Made by a program: the position numbers and the translations under genes
Assembly: GCA_963677485.1 (NCBI GenBank)
Contig: OY781964.1
Location: forward strand, 1,568,001-1,632,000
Length of the DNA stretch: 64,000 nucleotides
Reading direction: 5' to 3'
Source of the DNA: Armatimonadota bacterium
GTDB lineage: Bacteria > Armatimonadota > HRBIN16
Shown: piece by piece, positions 51,382-61,900 of the stretch
How the letters are laid out: every line of letters starts with the position of its first letter
Position numbering within the stretch: the first letter of the stretch is position 1
Notes under the pieces: generated by a model
Told to the model about the DNA's origin: nothing
The model's input: only the letters and a program-made list of their open reading frames with translations
The model's database searches: none

Positions 51382-52955
51382 TTGGCGCCTGTCTTTCTGC
51401 CACGCCCTCCGGCTTTGCCATCACGTCCTGCGCCTGATCGAACCTGCTGACCATCTTTCAATGTGGAGGCGGACATGATCACCACGCTGCTGCCGGGTTT
51501 CAAGCTCGATCCGATGTTGATATAGCTGTCGTCACTGCCCTGAGGTATCACATCGATGCGCTTGGCCGTGTTGCCTTTATCGATCGTCATCACAAATGAT
51601 CCCTTCCGGTCGGTTTGCACCGCCTCGCGGGGTACCACCACGGCACTGCGAACTCTACCGATTTCGAAATTCACACGGGCAAACATGCCCGGTTTGATCA
51701 AGCCATTATCGTTGTTCAGCACCACCCGAATGGTGAACTGCCGACTGGCAGGGTCCGCTGCGGGATTGATCTGCAACACGCTGGCTTCGATCTTAAGGTT
51801 TGGGAAAGCATCTAGAATGACGGTGGCAGGCTGACCCACACGCAATTGGGCGCAGACCTGGTCTGGCACCGGCACATTGACCCATATCTGTTTGGTGAAT
51901 TGCACCGCAAGCAACGGCTGGGTGGGTGAGGCGATGGCACCCGGATCCGCATTACGCTCGGTAACGAATCCATCCAGCGGGGAGCGAAGCACCGTATCCT
52001 GGCGCTTCAATACGACACCTTCGAGCGTGGCCTGGGCTATGGAAACACTCGATTGCAGTGCCGCGAGACTCTGCCGATAAGCACCTTTTTGCGAGTTATT
52101 CGCCTTCGCATATTCCAGCGAAGCTTTCGCCTGTGTCAGTCTGGCGCTTGACGCGGCGGTGTCAGCCGTCACTTTAGCCTTGATCACATTGTATTGCTGA
52201 GCGACTGACTCCCGTTGTGAGATCGCCGACTGAAGCAGCCCTTCTGCAACCTCAAGGGTGGAGGTCTGCACTGTGAGGGCCGCTTTCGCATCATCGACAT
52301 CCTGCGCCGCGACAAAGCCTTTGTCTAGAAGACGGCTGGCACGGTTATATTTGGTCTGAGCGTTGTTCACGTTTGCTTGAGCACTTTTGATGGACGCTCG
52401 GGCGTTGGCAATCTTGGCGTCGGAGTCCTGCAGGTTGGCTTGGGCGGCGTTGAGTTGAGCTTCTGCTGACTTACGCGCCTGTTCATAGTCAGCGACGGCA
52501 CTGGCCACGGCAGCTTTTTGCAGCGTGATCTGGGTGTTTACCGAAACATCACCAGAATCACGTCCCATCTGCGCTTGTGCTAACCGATAGCGTGCCTCAG
52601 CCACCGCCCCTCTAGACTGTTGCACCTGCGACTCCACGTCGGAGGCGTCTATCCTGGCAACAATCTGGCCTTTCGTCACCCGATCCCCTTCGTGGACCGT
52701 GATGGCATCGATCCGTCCTGATAGTTTTGGGGCAATCTTGACGCTCATGGGTGCCTCTACCGAGCCCATAGCCTCATAGTGCTGAACAAGATCACGAACC
52801 TCCACCTTGCCTATGGCCACCGAGGCCGGCGTTTTTGCTCTGGCTCCAACCATCGCAGTCTGTGCGGATTTCACTGCAGATATCTGCACTAAACGCCATA
52901 CGACCAGCGAGACCAACAGGATCAGGGGTAGCAGGATACTCAGCCACTTTTTCAT
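51378..52955 (-). CDS. RND periplasmic adaptor (membrane fusion protein) with a long coiled-coil hairpin
   Basis: SGRI...VHEGDRVTKGQ, LRSPLDGFV, IKPGMF; ATGA overlap with the RND gene. Confidence 0.93.
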   Translation of the reverse strand: MKKWLSILLPLILLVSLVVWRLVQISAVKSAQTAMVGARAKTPASVAIGKVEVRDLVQHYEAMGSVEAPMSVKIAPKLSGRIDAITVHEGDRVTKGQIVARIDASDVESQVQQSRGAVAEARYRLAQAQMGRDSGDVSVNTQITLQKAAVASAVADYEQARKSAEAQLNAAQANLQDSDAKIANARASIKSAQANVNNAQTKYNRASRLLDKGFVAAQDVDDAKAALTVQTSTLEVAEGLLQSAISQRESVAQQYNVIKAKVTADTAASSARLTQAKASLEYAKANNSQKGAYRQSLAALQSSVSIAQATLEGVVLKRQDTVLRSPLDGFVTERNADPGAIASPTQPLLAVQFTKQIWVNVPVPDQVCAQLRVGQPATVILDAFPNLKIEASVLQINPAADPASRQFTIRVVLNNDNGLIKPGMFARVNFEIGRVRSAVVVPREAVQTDRKGSFVMTIDKGNTAKRIDVIPQGSDDSYINIGSSLKPGSSVVIMSASTLKDGQQVRSGAGRDGKAGGRGRKTGAK

Positions 52956-52980
52956 TTACCGCTCCACATAATGTGCATTC

Positions 52981-53016
52981 ATTAGTTAATATAGCTTAAC
53001 TAATTTATACTGTCAA
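52981..53016 (-). promoter_or_regulatory. Sigma70 promoter of the efflux operon overlapped by a palindromic operator (probable MarR site)
   Basis: TTGACA-17 nt-TATATT on the minus strand; IR ATTAGTTAA-N6-TTAACTAAT at 52981-53004. Confidence 0.8.
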
Positions 53017-53057
53017 GCGGGTAAATTGGTTGGTTCTCACGCGAAGGCATGCACCTC

Positions 53058-53083
53058 AAGGGCGGTTCGCGAACCGCTCCTAC
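53058..53083 (-). repeat. GTAG-type REP overlapping a stop codon
   Basis: Minus strand GTAGGAGCGGTTCGCGAACCGCCCTT. Confidence 0.65.
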
Positions 53084-55635
53084 AAAATCCGGAACCCTTC
53101 GATGGCCTCAGCCACCTCGTTGCGCACCTTCTGGTAGACCGCCTCGTCCAGCTCGTAGCTGGTCAGGCTGGTCGTCAGCTTTCGGGCGTTTGCGATGGCC
53201 TTGATTGCCTTGGCAATGGCTTTCTTATTGCCATGATTCGCTTTGACTAGTTTCTCCAGCATGACCAAATACTCGTAGTCCTCTTCGCCGTCACGCATGA
53301 TCTCCAGCCGGATGCTGGGCAGCGGCTTGTCGGGTGTGGCTCCGGGGTAGATGCTGAAGCCATCGCCGGGCGCACTCTCAATCGGACTGAAGTCGATGGC
53401 GTTGATGTCCGGCATAGGATCCGTGCGCGGTTTCATCGTGCCCAGGATGGGGTCTTGATACCATTTGTAGAAATTCAGACCCCAATACAGTAGTCCATCC
53501 ACATGGTTGGTCCAGGTCTGCCACCACCAGGCACGGTGCTGTACGGCCCTTTGGTCGATGAACAGGTTCGCGTAACGCCGGTCAGAGGGGCCCACGCACA
53601 CATACCACCAGTATTCGCCGCCCTTCTTCACCACTTCATCCTGCCACTGTTTGTTGTAACTGGGTGTGAGCGGGGTGGGGATTCGCAAGCACTCCCTCGC
53701 CTCCTCGGACGGGGCCGTGAGCAGCACCTTCACGTCGGGCATATCCTTATAAACCGCCCGATAAACATTCAACGAGGCGGGCTCGCTGGTTTCGTCACGA
53801 AGCTGCATGTAATGCAGATCATACACGCCTTTTTCGATGTAGTGCTTGCGCGCGATCTCGATCGACTTGTCGACCTTTGCGATCTGTTCAGGACTGGACA
53901 CCGGATACTGCTTTGTGGCGAAATAAGCCCCCTGGTGATGGCTGACACCCAGATGAATGGTGCTAGCCCCGCCCTTCACCATGTGCTCCATGTAGGTGTC
54001 CCACTTGCTCCAGTCTGGGGTTTCATTCAGATCCGTCTCTTTGGTGACAGGATCGGTCTTCACGATGTCCAGATACTGGCTGCACCGCCCTTCATACACA
54101 TCGATGGGGTTCAGTCGATACTCCAGAGCCAAGTCGATCCACTTCATGTAGTCCTCGATCTTGACCTCGTCGAGGTTGTAGAACCTGTTGATCTGATCCC
54201 TGAACATCCAAAAGCTGGAGCGCAGAGATATCTTCTTGGGGATTTCGAAGCTGCGCACCTGCAGGCTGATGGGCAGACTCAACGTATGGCGACCGGAGGA
54301 AATAGTCACGTTGCCCTTGTATTCACCTGCCGGAGCATTATCCGGCACTTTCACGGATATCCAGTATGGCTGGTTGTATCCTGGCTTCAGCTCGGGTCTA
54401 TTACCTTCCGGCAGCAAGGGGTCGGGCTGATAGAGCTGGGTCGCCTTGCCCTCAAAAACCCTGGTATAGGCCACAGCTTGAATACGGATGTTAGCTTGAG
54501 GGATCACCGAACCCTTCGACTTCAACTCGGTGGCCGATATCGTCACATCCTTCACGCTGGTCGCGAGAGGGGTGAGAATCAACTGGAACCCCTCGTGCTC
54601 GCGCCTGGCAGCCGTGAGTTTGATGGTTTCTGGCCTCGCCTTCACCAGCTTTCCTGTCGACAAATCCTGCACACCAACCTTGACCAGATTACTGGCCTGA
54701 CGCACGATCACGCCGATCTGATTGCCAAACTCTCCGCTCTTATTCCAGCGCGACAGCAGCTCCCTCGCCGACCGCTGTTTCCCCTCGCCGTTTCGGGCGT
54801 CGATGGCGAACTGGCTCAGCACGATGCGGAGCTTCGCCTTAGCAGCATCATCCGCCTTCTCATAATCCTCGGCCGCTTTCCGGGCCTCTTGCTCGCTGAA
54901 CAGACTGAGGTAGGGTGCCAGTGCAGACGGCATCCCTTTGGCAGCTTGTTGGTAGGTCTCAGCTGCGAACTTGTAACCGTCGGAGGAAAAGGTGATGCCC
55001 CCAGTTTGGAGCCGTTTTACCGTATCGAAAATCGGAGGAATGACTGCCTTGGTTGACGGTCTAGCGTTGACGATACGCGCGATGACATACTGGTTCACCC
55101 CGGCGTTGTGGATGATCAGGCCGATCCAGAGCTTGCCGTTCCAGCCCTTCGGCGCGTATTTTTGTGGGTCGATGGTGACCCGCTGCGTGTTGCTGTTGGC
55201 CGTGAGCAGGTTGCCATGCATCACGTTGTTGCTCCCGCCGCTGCCCCAGGTGGGCGGATGGGCACCTCGGCTGGCCGGTATGACGCCCACGCCAAAGTGA
55301 TGCCGCACCGAGTAGGCGGAACCCACACCATAGTCAAGGGTGATCGCCGCACAGGAGAAGAGGTCGTATGATGAGTAATCGCCCGAACCGATGATCTCGA
55401 AAGTCAGCGGCTCACTCCACTTGGTCTCGATGGCCGCGAACCCGTAACCCCACTGTGCTGGCCCCATGTTCACCGCCAGCTCCAGCGCGAGGGGGTTGTT
55501 GATCACCGTGTTTTCGGGGCAATAAAGCTCTTGCGCCATGTCGTTGACCTTCATCACGGGCAATTCCGCGCAAAAGCCGTGGCATGAGATGAGCATGAAC
55601 AGACCGATGAGCGTGATTCTGCAACTGACTTTCAC
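53080..55635 (-). CDS. Secreted DUF4091/GH123-like glycoside hydrolase domain protein
   Basis: Signal peptide; AARREHEGFQL, QPYWISVKVP, RDE, WWYVC, DGLLYW, PSIRLEIMRDGEEDYEYL. Confidence 0.8.
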   Translation of the reverse strand: MKVSCRITLIGLFMLISCHGFCAELPVMKVNDMAQELYCPENTVINNPLALELAVNMGPAQWGYGFAAIETKWSEPLTFEIIGSGDYSSYDLFSCAAITLDYGVGSAYSVRHHFGVGVIPASRGAHPPTWGSGGSNNVMHGNLLTANSNTQRVTIDPQKYAPKGWNGKLWIGLIIHNAGVNQYVIARIVNARPSTKAVIPPIFDTVKRLQTGGITFSSDGYKFAAETYQQAAKGMPSALAPYLSLFSEQEARKAAEDYEKADDAAKAKLRIVLSQFAIDARNGEGKQRSARELLSRWNKSGEFGNQIGVIVRQASNLVKVGVQDLSTGKLVKARPETIKLTAARREHEGFQLILTPLATSVKDVTISATELKSKGSVIPQANIRIQAVAYTRVFEGKATQLYQPDPLLPEGNRPELKPGYNQPYWISVKVPDNAPAGEYKGNVTISSGRHTLSLPISLQVRSFEIPKKISLRSSFWMFRDQINRFYNLDEVKIEDYMKWIDLALEYRLNPIDVYEGRCSQYLDIVKTDPVTKETDLNETPDWSKWDTYMEHMVKGGASTIHLGVSHHQGAYFATKQYPVSSPEQIAKVDKSIEIARKHYIEKGVYDLHYMQLRDETSEPASLNVYRAVYKDMPDVKVLLTAPSEEARECLRIPTPLTPSYNKQWQDEVVKKGGEYWWYVCVGPSDRRYANLFIDQRAVQHRAWWWQTWTNHVDGLLYWGLNFYKWYQDPILGTMKPRTDPMPDINAIDFSPIESAPGDGFSIYPGATPDKPLPSIRLEIMRDGEEDYEYLVMLEKLVKANHGNKKAIAKAIKAIANARKLTTSLTSYELDEAVYQKVRNEVAEAIEGFRIL

Positions 55636-55745
55636 GTGGTGTTCCCTCCGAATGGTTCTGACGACCTTTGGCTAGCGGGCGGTGAGATACCCGCCATCTC
55701 CAGCTTACCGATAACCGGTGACATCCGCCAGATGGGCTGGACGCG

Positions 55746-56053
55746 CCAATGTCCGGGGCGGTTTTCTCCTAACCGCGCCGGTCTTTAGGTCTTCAGGGAC
55801 AAGAGACTACCGGCTAACCGCCAGACCGGCGCGGTCAACAGCCCCCTGTAGCAGCTAACCATCTGTCAGACCGCCCGGACATAGGCATGTCATTTCTCAT
55901 ATATCAGTTGCCAATGTCCGGGCGGTTTTCCCCTAACCGCGCCGGTCTTTAGGTCTTCAGGGACAAGAGACTACCGGCTAACCGCCAGACCAGCGCGGTC
56001 AACAGCCCCCTGTAGCCGCTAACCATCTGTCAGACCGCCCCGGACATAGGCAA
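55746..56053 (-). repeat. Two tandem copies (165-bp period) of a diverged subfamily of the nested-IR core element
   Basis: Copies start at 55746 and 55911; the reverse complement aligns with the 46541-46710 core. Confidence 0.88.
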
Positions 56054-56207
56054 TGCATGTCAGATGAATCGGACGAGTAAAGCACACTGTTCGCTTCTTC
56101 TCCTCCTCTCCTTTTCTCCTCCTCTCCTTCCCCGCCCCTCACAAGGAAAATGCCCTCCCCATGGCGAATACTACGACAATATCAACCCATTATCGAGGTG
56201 AATCACC

Positions 56208-57629
56208 ATGAACATCGGCCTTATGGCGGCCATCGGCAGCCTTCTCTTGGCAGCAGCAACACTACAGGCTGCCCCGCAGGTTCCAGCGAAACTGAAGCAG
56301 ATCGTCGAAACCACTGCCTCGTTCGGCCTGAAACGCTACCCCGTCAGCTTCTGGAACTACACCGGCCTGGGCAGAGATGCGGCCCACATGGGCAAGGAGG
56401 CCGTGCAGGACTGGGCGGATGTGGGATTCACCGTGCCCATGAGCCCGGAGTTTAACCCCGCCGACCCCAAGCAAAAGGCCCATATCGCCAAGATGCTGAA
56501 GTGGTGCGAAGAAAAGAAGCTGAAGATGATTGTGTGTGACCCGCGCGGGCAAGGAGTCACCCCCGACGGCAAACTCGACGCCGCGGCTTATGAGAAGAAC
56601 GTCACGGCCGCCTACAAAGACTTCGGGAAGTCGCCCGCTTTGTTTGGGTTCCATGTGGGTGATGAGCCGAACTTCACCCAGTTGCCCGCCTTCTGCGAGG
56701 CGATGCGCCTCCAGAAGAAGGTCGCCCCAAAGCTGCACCCCTTCGGAAACCTGGTGGGCGTGCCTACGGTCGACTGGTTCCGCGGCGGCAAAACATCCGA
56801 CCAGTATCTTAACGACTACGTCAAAGATTCACAGTGCGAACTCATGAGTTACGATGTGTATTCCCAGATGCTCACCCCCACCCGCGGCACGAATATGCAG
56901 TTCGGTGAGGGCGGCATCGACAACTACTACGCCAACCTCAACGGCTTCCGGGCCGCATCCCAACGCAGCGGCGTGCCCTTCTGGAACACTGTGTTGGCGG
57001 TCGGCCACCTGATGTATCGATGTCCCGACTACAACGACATCCGATGGCAGTTCAACACCTCGGTGTGCAGCGGCGCGAACGGCATATTGTGGTTCTTCTA
57101 TTACATGCGCGAGCCCAACGCCAACTACCGGCAGGCACCCATCGATGAGCTCTGGCAGCCCACGCAGGGGCGGTATAACCTCAGTCTGGTGCAGAACAGC
57201 TTCCACAAAATATATGGTGACCTGTTCAATAAGCTGGTCTGCACTAAAGTGATGTATGCCGGCAAGGTCTACGGCGGTGGGAAGCCCTTCGCGCCGGATG
57301 CGATGATCTCCAACGTGACCACCGACCTGCCCAACCACCCGGTGCTGATCGGCGAGTTCGCGGATGCGCAGGGCACCCGATATGTGATGATCGTGAACAA
57401 CAGCCAGACGGTTGATGCCGCGGTGAATGTCACCTTCGTGGGCACCGATGTGCGGGTCACCGGTTGGGACTGGAGCGGAAACCCGCGCCCAGGCAGCTCC
57501 TCGGCCACCACCGGCGGTGCGATGGTGGAGGGCGGTTACCGGCTGGAGCACTGGCTGGCCCCCGGCCAGGAGGCGGTGTACAAGGTGGAGTCCGCCGCAC
57601 TGGCAAAAGAGCCGATTGTGCTGGAGTAG
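56208..57629 (+). CDS. Secreted hypothetical TIM-barrel glycoside-hydrolase-like protein
   Basis: GAGGTG RBS, signal peptide, FGFHVGDEP, MSYDVY, GANGILWF. Confidence 0.7.
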   Translation: MNIGLMAAIGSLLLAAATLQAAPQVPAKLKQIVETTASFGLKRYPVSFWNYTGLGRDAAHMGKEAVQDWADVGFTVPMSPEFNPADPKQKAHIAKMLKWCEEKKLKMIVCDPRGQGVTPDGKLDAAAYEKNVTAAYKDFGKSPALFGFHVGDEPNFTQLPAFCEAMRLQKKVAPKLHPFGNLVGVPTVDWFRGGKTSDQYLNDYVKDSQCELMSYDVYSQMLTPTRGTNMQFGEGGIDNYYANLNGFRAASQRSGVPFWNTVLAVGHLMYRCPDYNDIRWQFNTSVCSGANGILWFFYYMREPNANYRQAPIDELWQPTQGRYNLSLVQNSFHKIYGDLFNKLVCTKVMYAGKVYGGGKPFAPDAMISNVTTDLPNHPVLIGEFADAQGTRYVMIVNNSQTVDAAVNVTFVGTDVRVTGWDWSGNPRPGSSSATTGGAMVEGGYRLEHWLAPGQEAVYKVESAALAKEPIVLE

Positions 57630-57770
57630 GGAGTTCCGTCACGCGGAGACGCGGAGAACGCGGAGGGGATGGTGCATGATCACCGTCCCCTGCGTCCGAC
57701 TCGTCGTACTCATCAGACAGGTCGTAATGTTGGTATCAGGGCAGTCACAACGCAACAGGGGCATTAACCT

Positions 57771-58829
57771 ATGAGTCGGGTGTTGGAAGTAGGCCGGGGT
57801 AAAGTCTTCGAGCTACCGAGCCAGGCCGCTGAGGCCGCCAAAGACGGCGACACGATTGAGATCGCCGCGGGCAGGTATGTCGGCGATGTGGCGGTGTGGC
57901 GGGCCAGTCACCTGACCATCCGCGGGGTGAAAGGGCGTGCCCACCTCGAAGCTGCGGGAAAAGGTGCCCAGGGCAAGGCGATCTGGGTCATGACTGGTCA
58001 CAACACCACCGTGGAGAACATCGAGTTCTCCGGCTGTCATGTGCCCGACCGCAACGGTGCAGGCATACGGCAGGAGGGGGCGGGTCTGACCGTTCGAAAC
58101 TGCCACTTCCACCACAACGATGATGGCATTCTGGCTGGTGCCAACCCGAACAGTGACACACTGATCGAAACCAGCGAGTTCGAGTTTAACGGAGCAGGAG
58201 ACGGACTGTCGCACAATATCTACATCGGTCACATCCGCCGTTTCACGCTTCGTGGCTGTTACTCGCACCATTCAACCATTGGGCATCTGGTTAAAAGCCG
58301 CGCTGAAGAGAACCACATCCTGTATAACCGGCTGACCGATGAAACCGATGGCCGTTCTAGCTACAACCTCGATCTGCCTAACGGCGGGTATTCCTTCGTC
58401 ATCGGCAATATCATTCAACATGGCAGACACTCGGCGAACTCCACCAACATCTCCTACGCGCGTGAGGGTGGCACGAACCGCGTTCAGAAGCTGCTGCTCA
58501 TCCACAACACCATCGTCAACGAGCACCCGAGTGGCGTGTATCTGAAGGTGGGTGGCACCCCATTAGTGCAGATGACCAACAACCTCTGCAGCGGAACTCA
58601 GACTGAGCTGCCGAAACTCGGTGAAATGCGGGGAAACCTCGTCACTCAATCGCCAGGGTTTGTGAATGCGGTAGCGTTTGACTACCGCCTGACCGCAGGA
58701 TCTCCGGCGCGGAAAGCTGGGGTCGACCCAGGGAAAGCGCTCTACCCGGAATACCAGTACCGGCACCCCGCGGGCTTGGTCCGCCGCCCATACTCGAAGA
58801 CACCGGATGTCGGCGCGTTTCAGATGTGA
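57771..58829 (+). CDS. Right-handed parallel beta-helix protein
   Basis: AKDGDTIEIAAG.Y, NGAGIR, HNIYIG, HLVKSRA, DYRL...SPA, PDVGAF. Confidence 0.8.
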   Translation: MSRVLEVGRGKVFELPSQAAEAAKDGDTIEIAAGRYVGDVAVWRASHLTIRGVKGRAHLEAAGKGAQGKAIWVMTGHNTTVENIEFSGCHVPDRNGAGIRQEGAGLTVRNCHFHHNDDGILAGANPNSDTLIETSEFEFNGAGDGLSHNIYIGHIRRFTLRGCYSHHSTIGHLVKSRAEENHILYNRLTDETDGRSSYNLDLPNGGYSFVIGNIIQHGRHSANSTNISYAREGGTNRVQKLLLIHNTIVNEHPSGVYLKVGGTPLVQMTNNLCSGTQTELPKLGEMRGNLVTQSPGFVNAVAFDYRLTAGSPARKAGVDPGKALYPEYQYRHPAGLVRRPYSKTPDVGAFQM

Positions 58830-58975
58830 GGGGAAGTGGAAATAAGACTGTATGAACTATTGCCCCAGGCGTCATACTCGTCGGACTGGTCATATGCACC
58901 CCTTCAACCCGCCCCATCTGTGGTAACATGTGCATAAATGCTCTCTCAACACCCAACGCAGGAGGCTCATTCTTG

Positions 58976-61900
58976 ATGCGCATTTCATCCCTATTGGCGA
59001 TCGGCGGCCTATGCTGCTTCGCAGCCCTCAGCGGCCAAGCCGCGGAAGTGGCCCCATGGCTGAAGCAGGCACCGGAAAATCTGCCCAAAGTGACCGTCCG
59101 CTGGGAAGACGCCGCCCAGCAGAACATCTTCATCGTCGAAGGTGAGCAGTATCAATGCCGGGTCGGCACCCAGCCCGCTAAGATACTCTCACTGACAGTC
59201 AACGGGAAGCAGACACTGCCACAAGGCGGCAGCCAGATCAGCTTCACCGATGCCAAAGGCCAGAAATTCCTGCCGGCACCTGCCGAGTATGCCCCAAGCT
59301 GGAATGTTTTCCGAGGACAGCATTGGGTTCCTGCCGACAGCAGTCGGGCCCGGATGAATGTCTGGAGCGCCACGCCCTACTATTGGGACGCCCATCTGCT
59401 GGACATCCCGATGGTGCGCGAGGACATCCTGAAAAGTGCGGCTGATGTGGCTGAAAAGCCGCTGAAAGAGTGGAATTTCAAAAACGGCCTGCAGGGCTGG
59501 AAAAACTCAAACAACACCAAAGTGGGTATGGGAAACGGGACACTCTCGGTCACTTCAACCGGCTTTGACCCCAACTTTGCATCGCCCGCATGCAGCATCA
59601 AAGGCCCAGTCGATGTGGTCATACGGATGCGCACTTTAGATGGCGGCGGGATGTCCATGTACTGGAGCACCGTTTCAAAAGGCCTACTGGGCACCAATGT
59701 GCAGACAGTCGGCTCAAACGGTGATGGCGAGTGGCACAACTACCGCTTCCAGATCGCCGATAAAGAGACAATCAACATGCTTCGGTTCGATCCGCCGAGT
59801 GAGTCAGGTAAGGTCGAAGTGCAGTCGGTGAAGCTCTATCCTTCATTGTCACTCGCCAAACAAGACAAAATCATCAGGGGAGAGATCATCTTCCATGCCT
59901 ATCCCGACCAACTGCGCATAGAATTCCGCGCTGAACCGGTCGACGGCATCCCAGCACCCAATACGGTTTTGCTTGCCCCCTTCACCGGTAAAACGACCGA
60001 CAGCAACTGGGTGGAAGAGTCCAAATACGACATGAACCGCCCGCTGATCACCGTGAATGACAGTGCCGCCATCCTCGGCGATGCCCAAAGCAAGCTAACA
60101 CCGGCTGGCTGGGAGAGCCCCATGACCGGCAAACGCCCAGGTGCGCTCTGGGTGGTGAAACCCTACCAGGGCGAGCTGAAACGCGATCTGCTGTTCGTCA
60201 ACGACCTGCACCCTCTGACGGACTCCGCGGCCAAGATCACCAACGGCGAATGGCTGGGTTACGAACCCAACTCCGGGCTTTATGTGATGCATGCCGCGAA
60301 TGCCATCGGGCAATACAGCTTCGAAAACGCCTACGCCAACCCCATGCGCCGCGTGCAGGCCGGTGTCTCGCTGAGCAACGACAACCTGCCCCGCCAGATC
60401 GTGATGAAAGCCATGACGGGCATTGGATGCCTCGAGGCTACAGTCATCACGGACAACAACGGCTTCCCGCTGCCCACCGCCGCCTTCGTGGCCAAGAACT
60501 TCGCAGGCGAGATGGAAGAACCAGACGACAGCGCATTTGGCGATGCCTACTTCCCCATGACCCTCAGCGCACAGGACAGCCGTGAGTTCATGGTGCAGCC
60601 GCTGATGCAGAGCTGGGGCGATCATATGCTGAAACAGATCAGCTCTATCCGCTTCTTCCAAATCTACTGGCACCTCAGTACGGGTATCAGCGAGACCACA
60701 TGCTTCACACACAACTGGATGCAGATCGGCAAGAGCGAGGTGCTACACATCCCCGACTTCCGCCCGCTGAGCGGTCCGTTTTGGGCGGGACAGCCGCAGC
60801 ACGCCTGCGAGCAGTGGCCTGGCTTCCTGCAGTACAACAGCGGGAAAGGCCGGCTGGTGTTCGAGCGCACCATCTTCAACAGCATCAGCCCGAACTTCTC
60901 GCACTACACGAACCTCTACCACACCAGCGATGACGCGGCTAAAGGCAGTCTCACGATCTGGGAAATCCCCCAGCGTGACGAGATGCGCACCTTCGTGAAG
61001 ATGCGCTTTGACTGGACCAAGCCTGTGGCTATTACGGGCGATGCCCGCCAGAACTTCCGCTGGATGAACGTCTACGAGTTCAGCACACCGAAGATGCTGA
61101 TGATCACGGCCCCATCTGGCAAGACCGTGCAGTATGCGCCCGATCTCACCAGTAAAATCAGTCCATTAGGCGCGCTGATGAGCACACAGACGCCATTCGC
61201 GGCCTCCAGCCCTAAGGTTAACGACTACGGCTGCGTGCTGCTGGTCCGCAGCTTCAAGGCCAAACTCGGCGGTAAAGTCTACACCCAGGCAGCTTACAGT
61301 GCGCTGTTCGACAAAAGCAACGGCAACTGGTGGCTATCTGTGCCTGAAGCGAAGCTGAACCTGAAACCCGGCGATTACCTTGAGGCCGAAGTGATGCTGA
61401 TGCCTCACGCCGAGCCCACTACCCTCACAATGAAGCCCGAACGTGAGCGCAAAGAACGCTTCGGCATGGGCTGGCCCAAAGTTTCATCGTCCATCGGCAC
61501 ACTGACGAATAGCTTCCCAACCCGAGTGACCGCTAAAGGTGGCGTGGCCTGCGTCAATCTCGAGGGCGGCTTCGACATGATGCCCATTATCGTAGAGGGG
61601 CTGACCCCCGGCGGGTATCCCATGATCTGGCGCGATGGCTCCTGGCAGAACCCGCAAGCCTGGGGCGGTGATGGCGTTCAGATTGACCCCGATGGCAAAG
61701 GCGGCGTGCGTGCTACCGTGCTGGTACCTATCCGACAGGGGCAAAAGTTTGACACGTATGTCACCGATGCCGTCTGCAGCACAGGTGTCAGCGCGGTTCA
61801 GGAAGTGAACGGCCGCGCGGTTCTACGTTCGGCAGGCTCAGGTGACTGGACCATCACCAGCCCGGCTTGGTATGGCCCAGGCAAGAACGTGCGGGACAGC

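Noticed and set aside
15971-55056. Long antisense ORFs (15971-17131, 19729-21132, 23690-24943, 53503-55056)
   Set aside because: Typical stop-poor antisense frames of GC-rich genes; no motifs or RBS.
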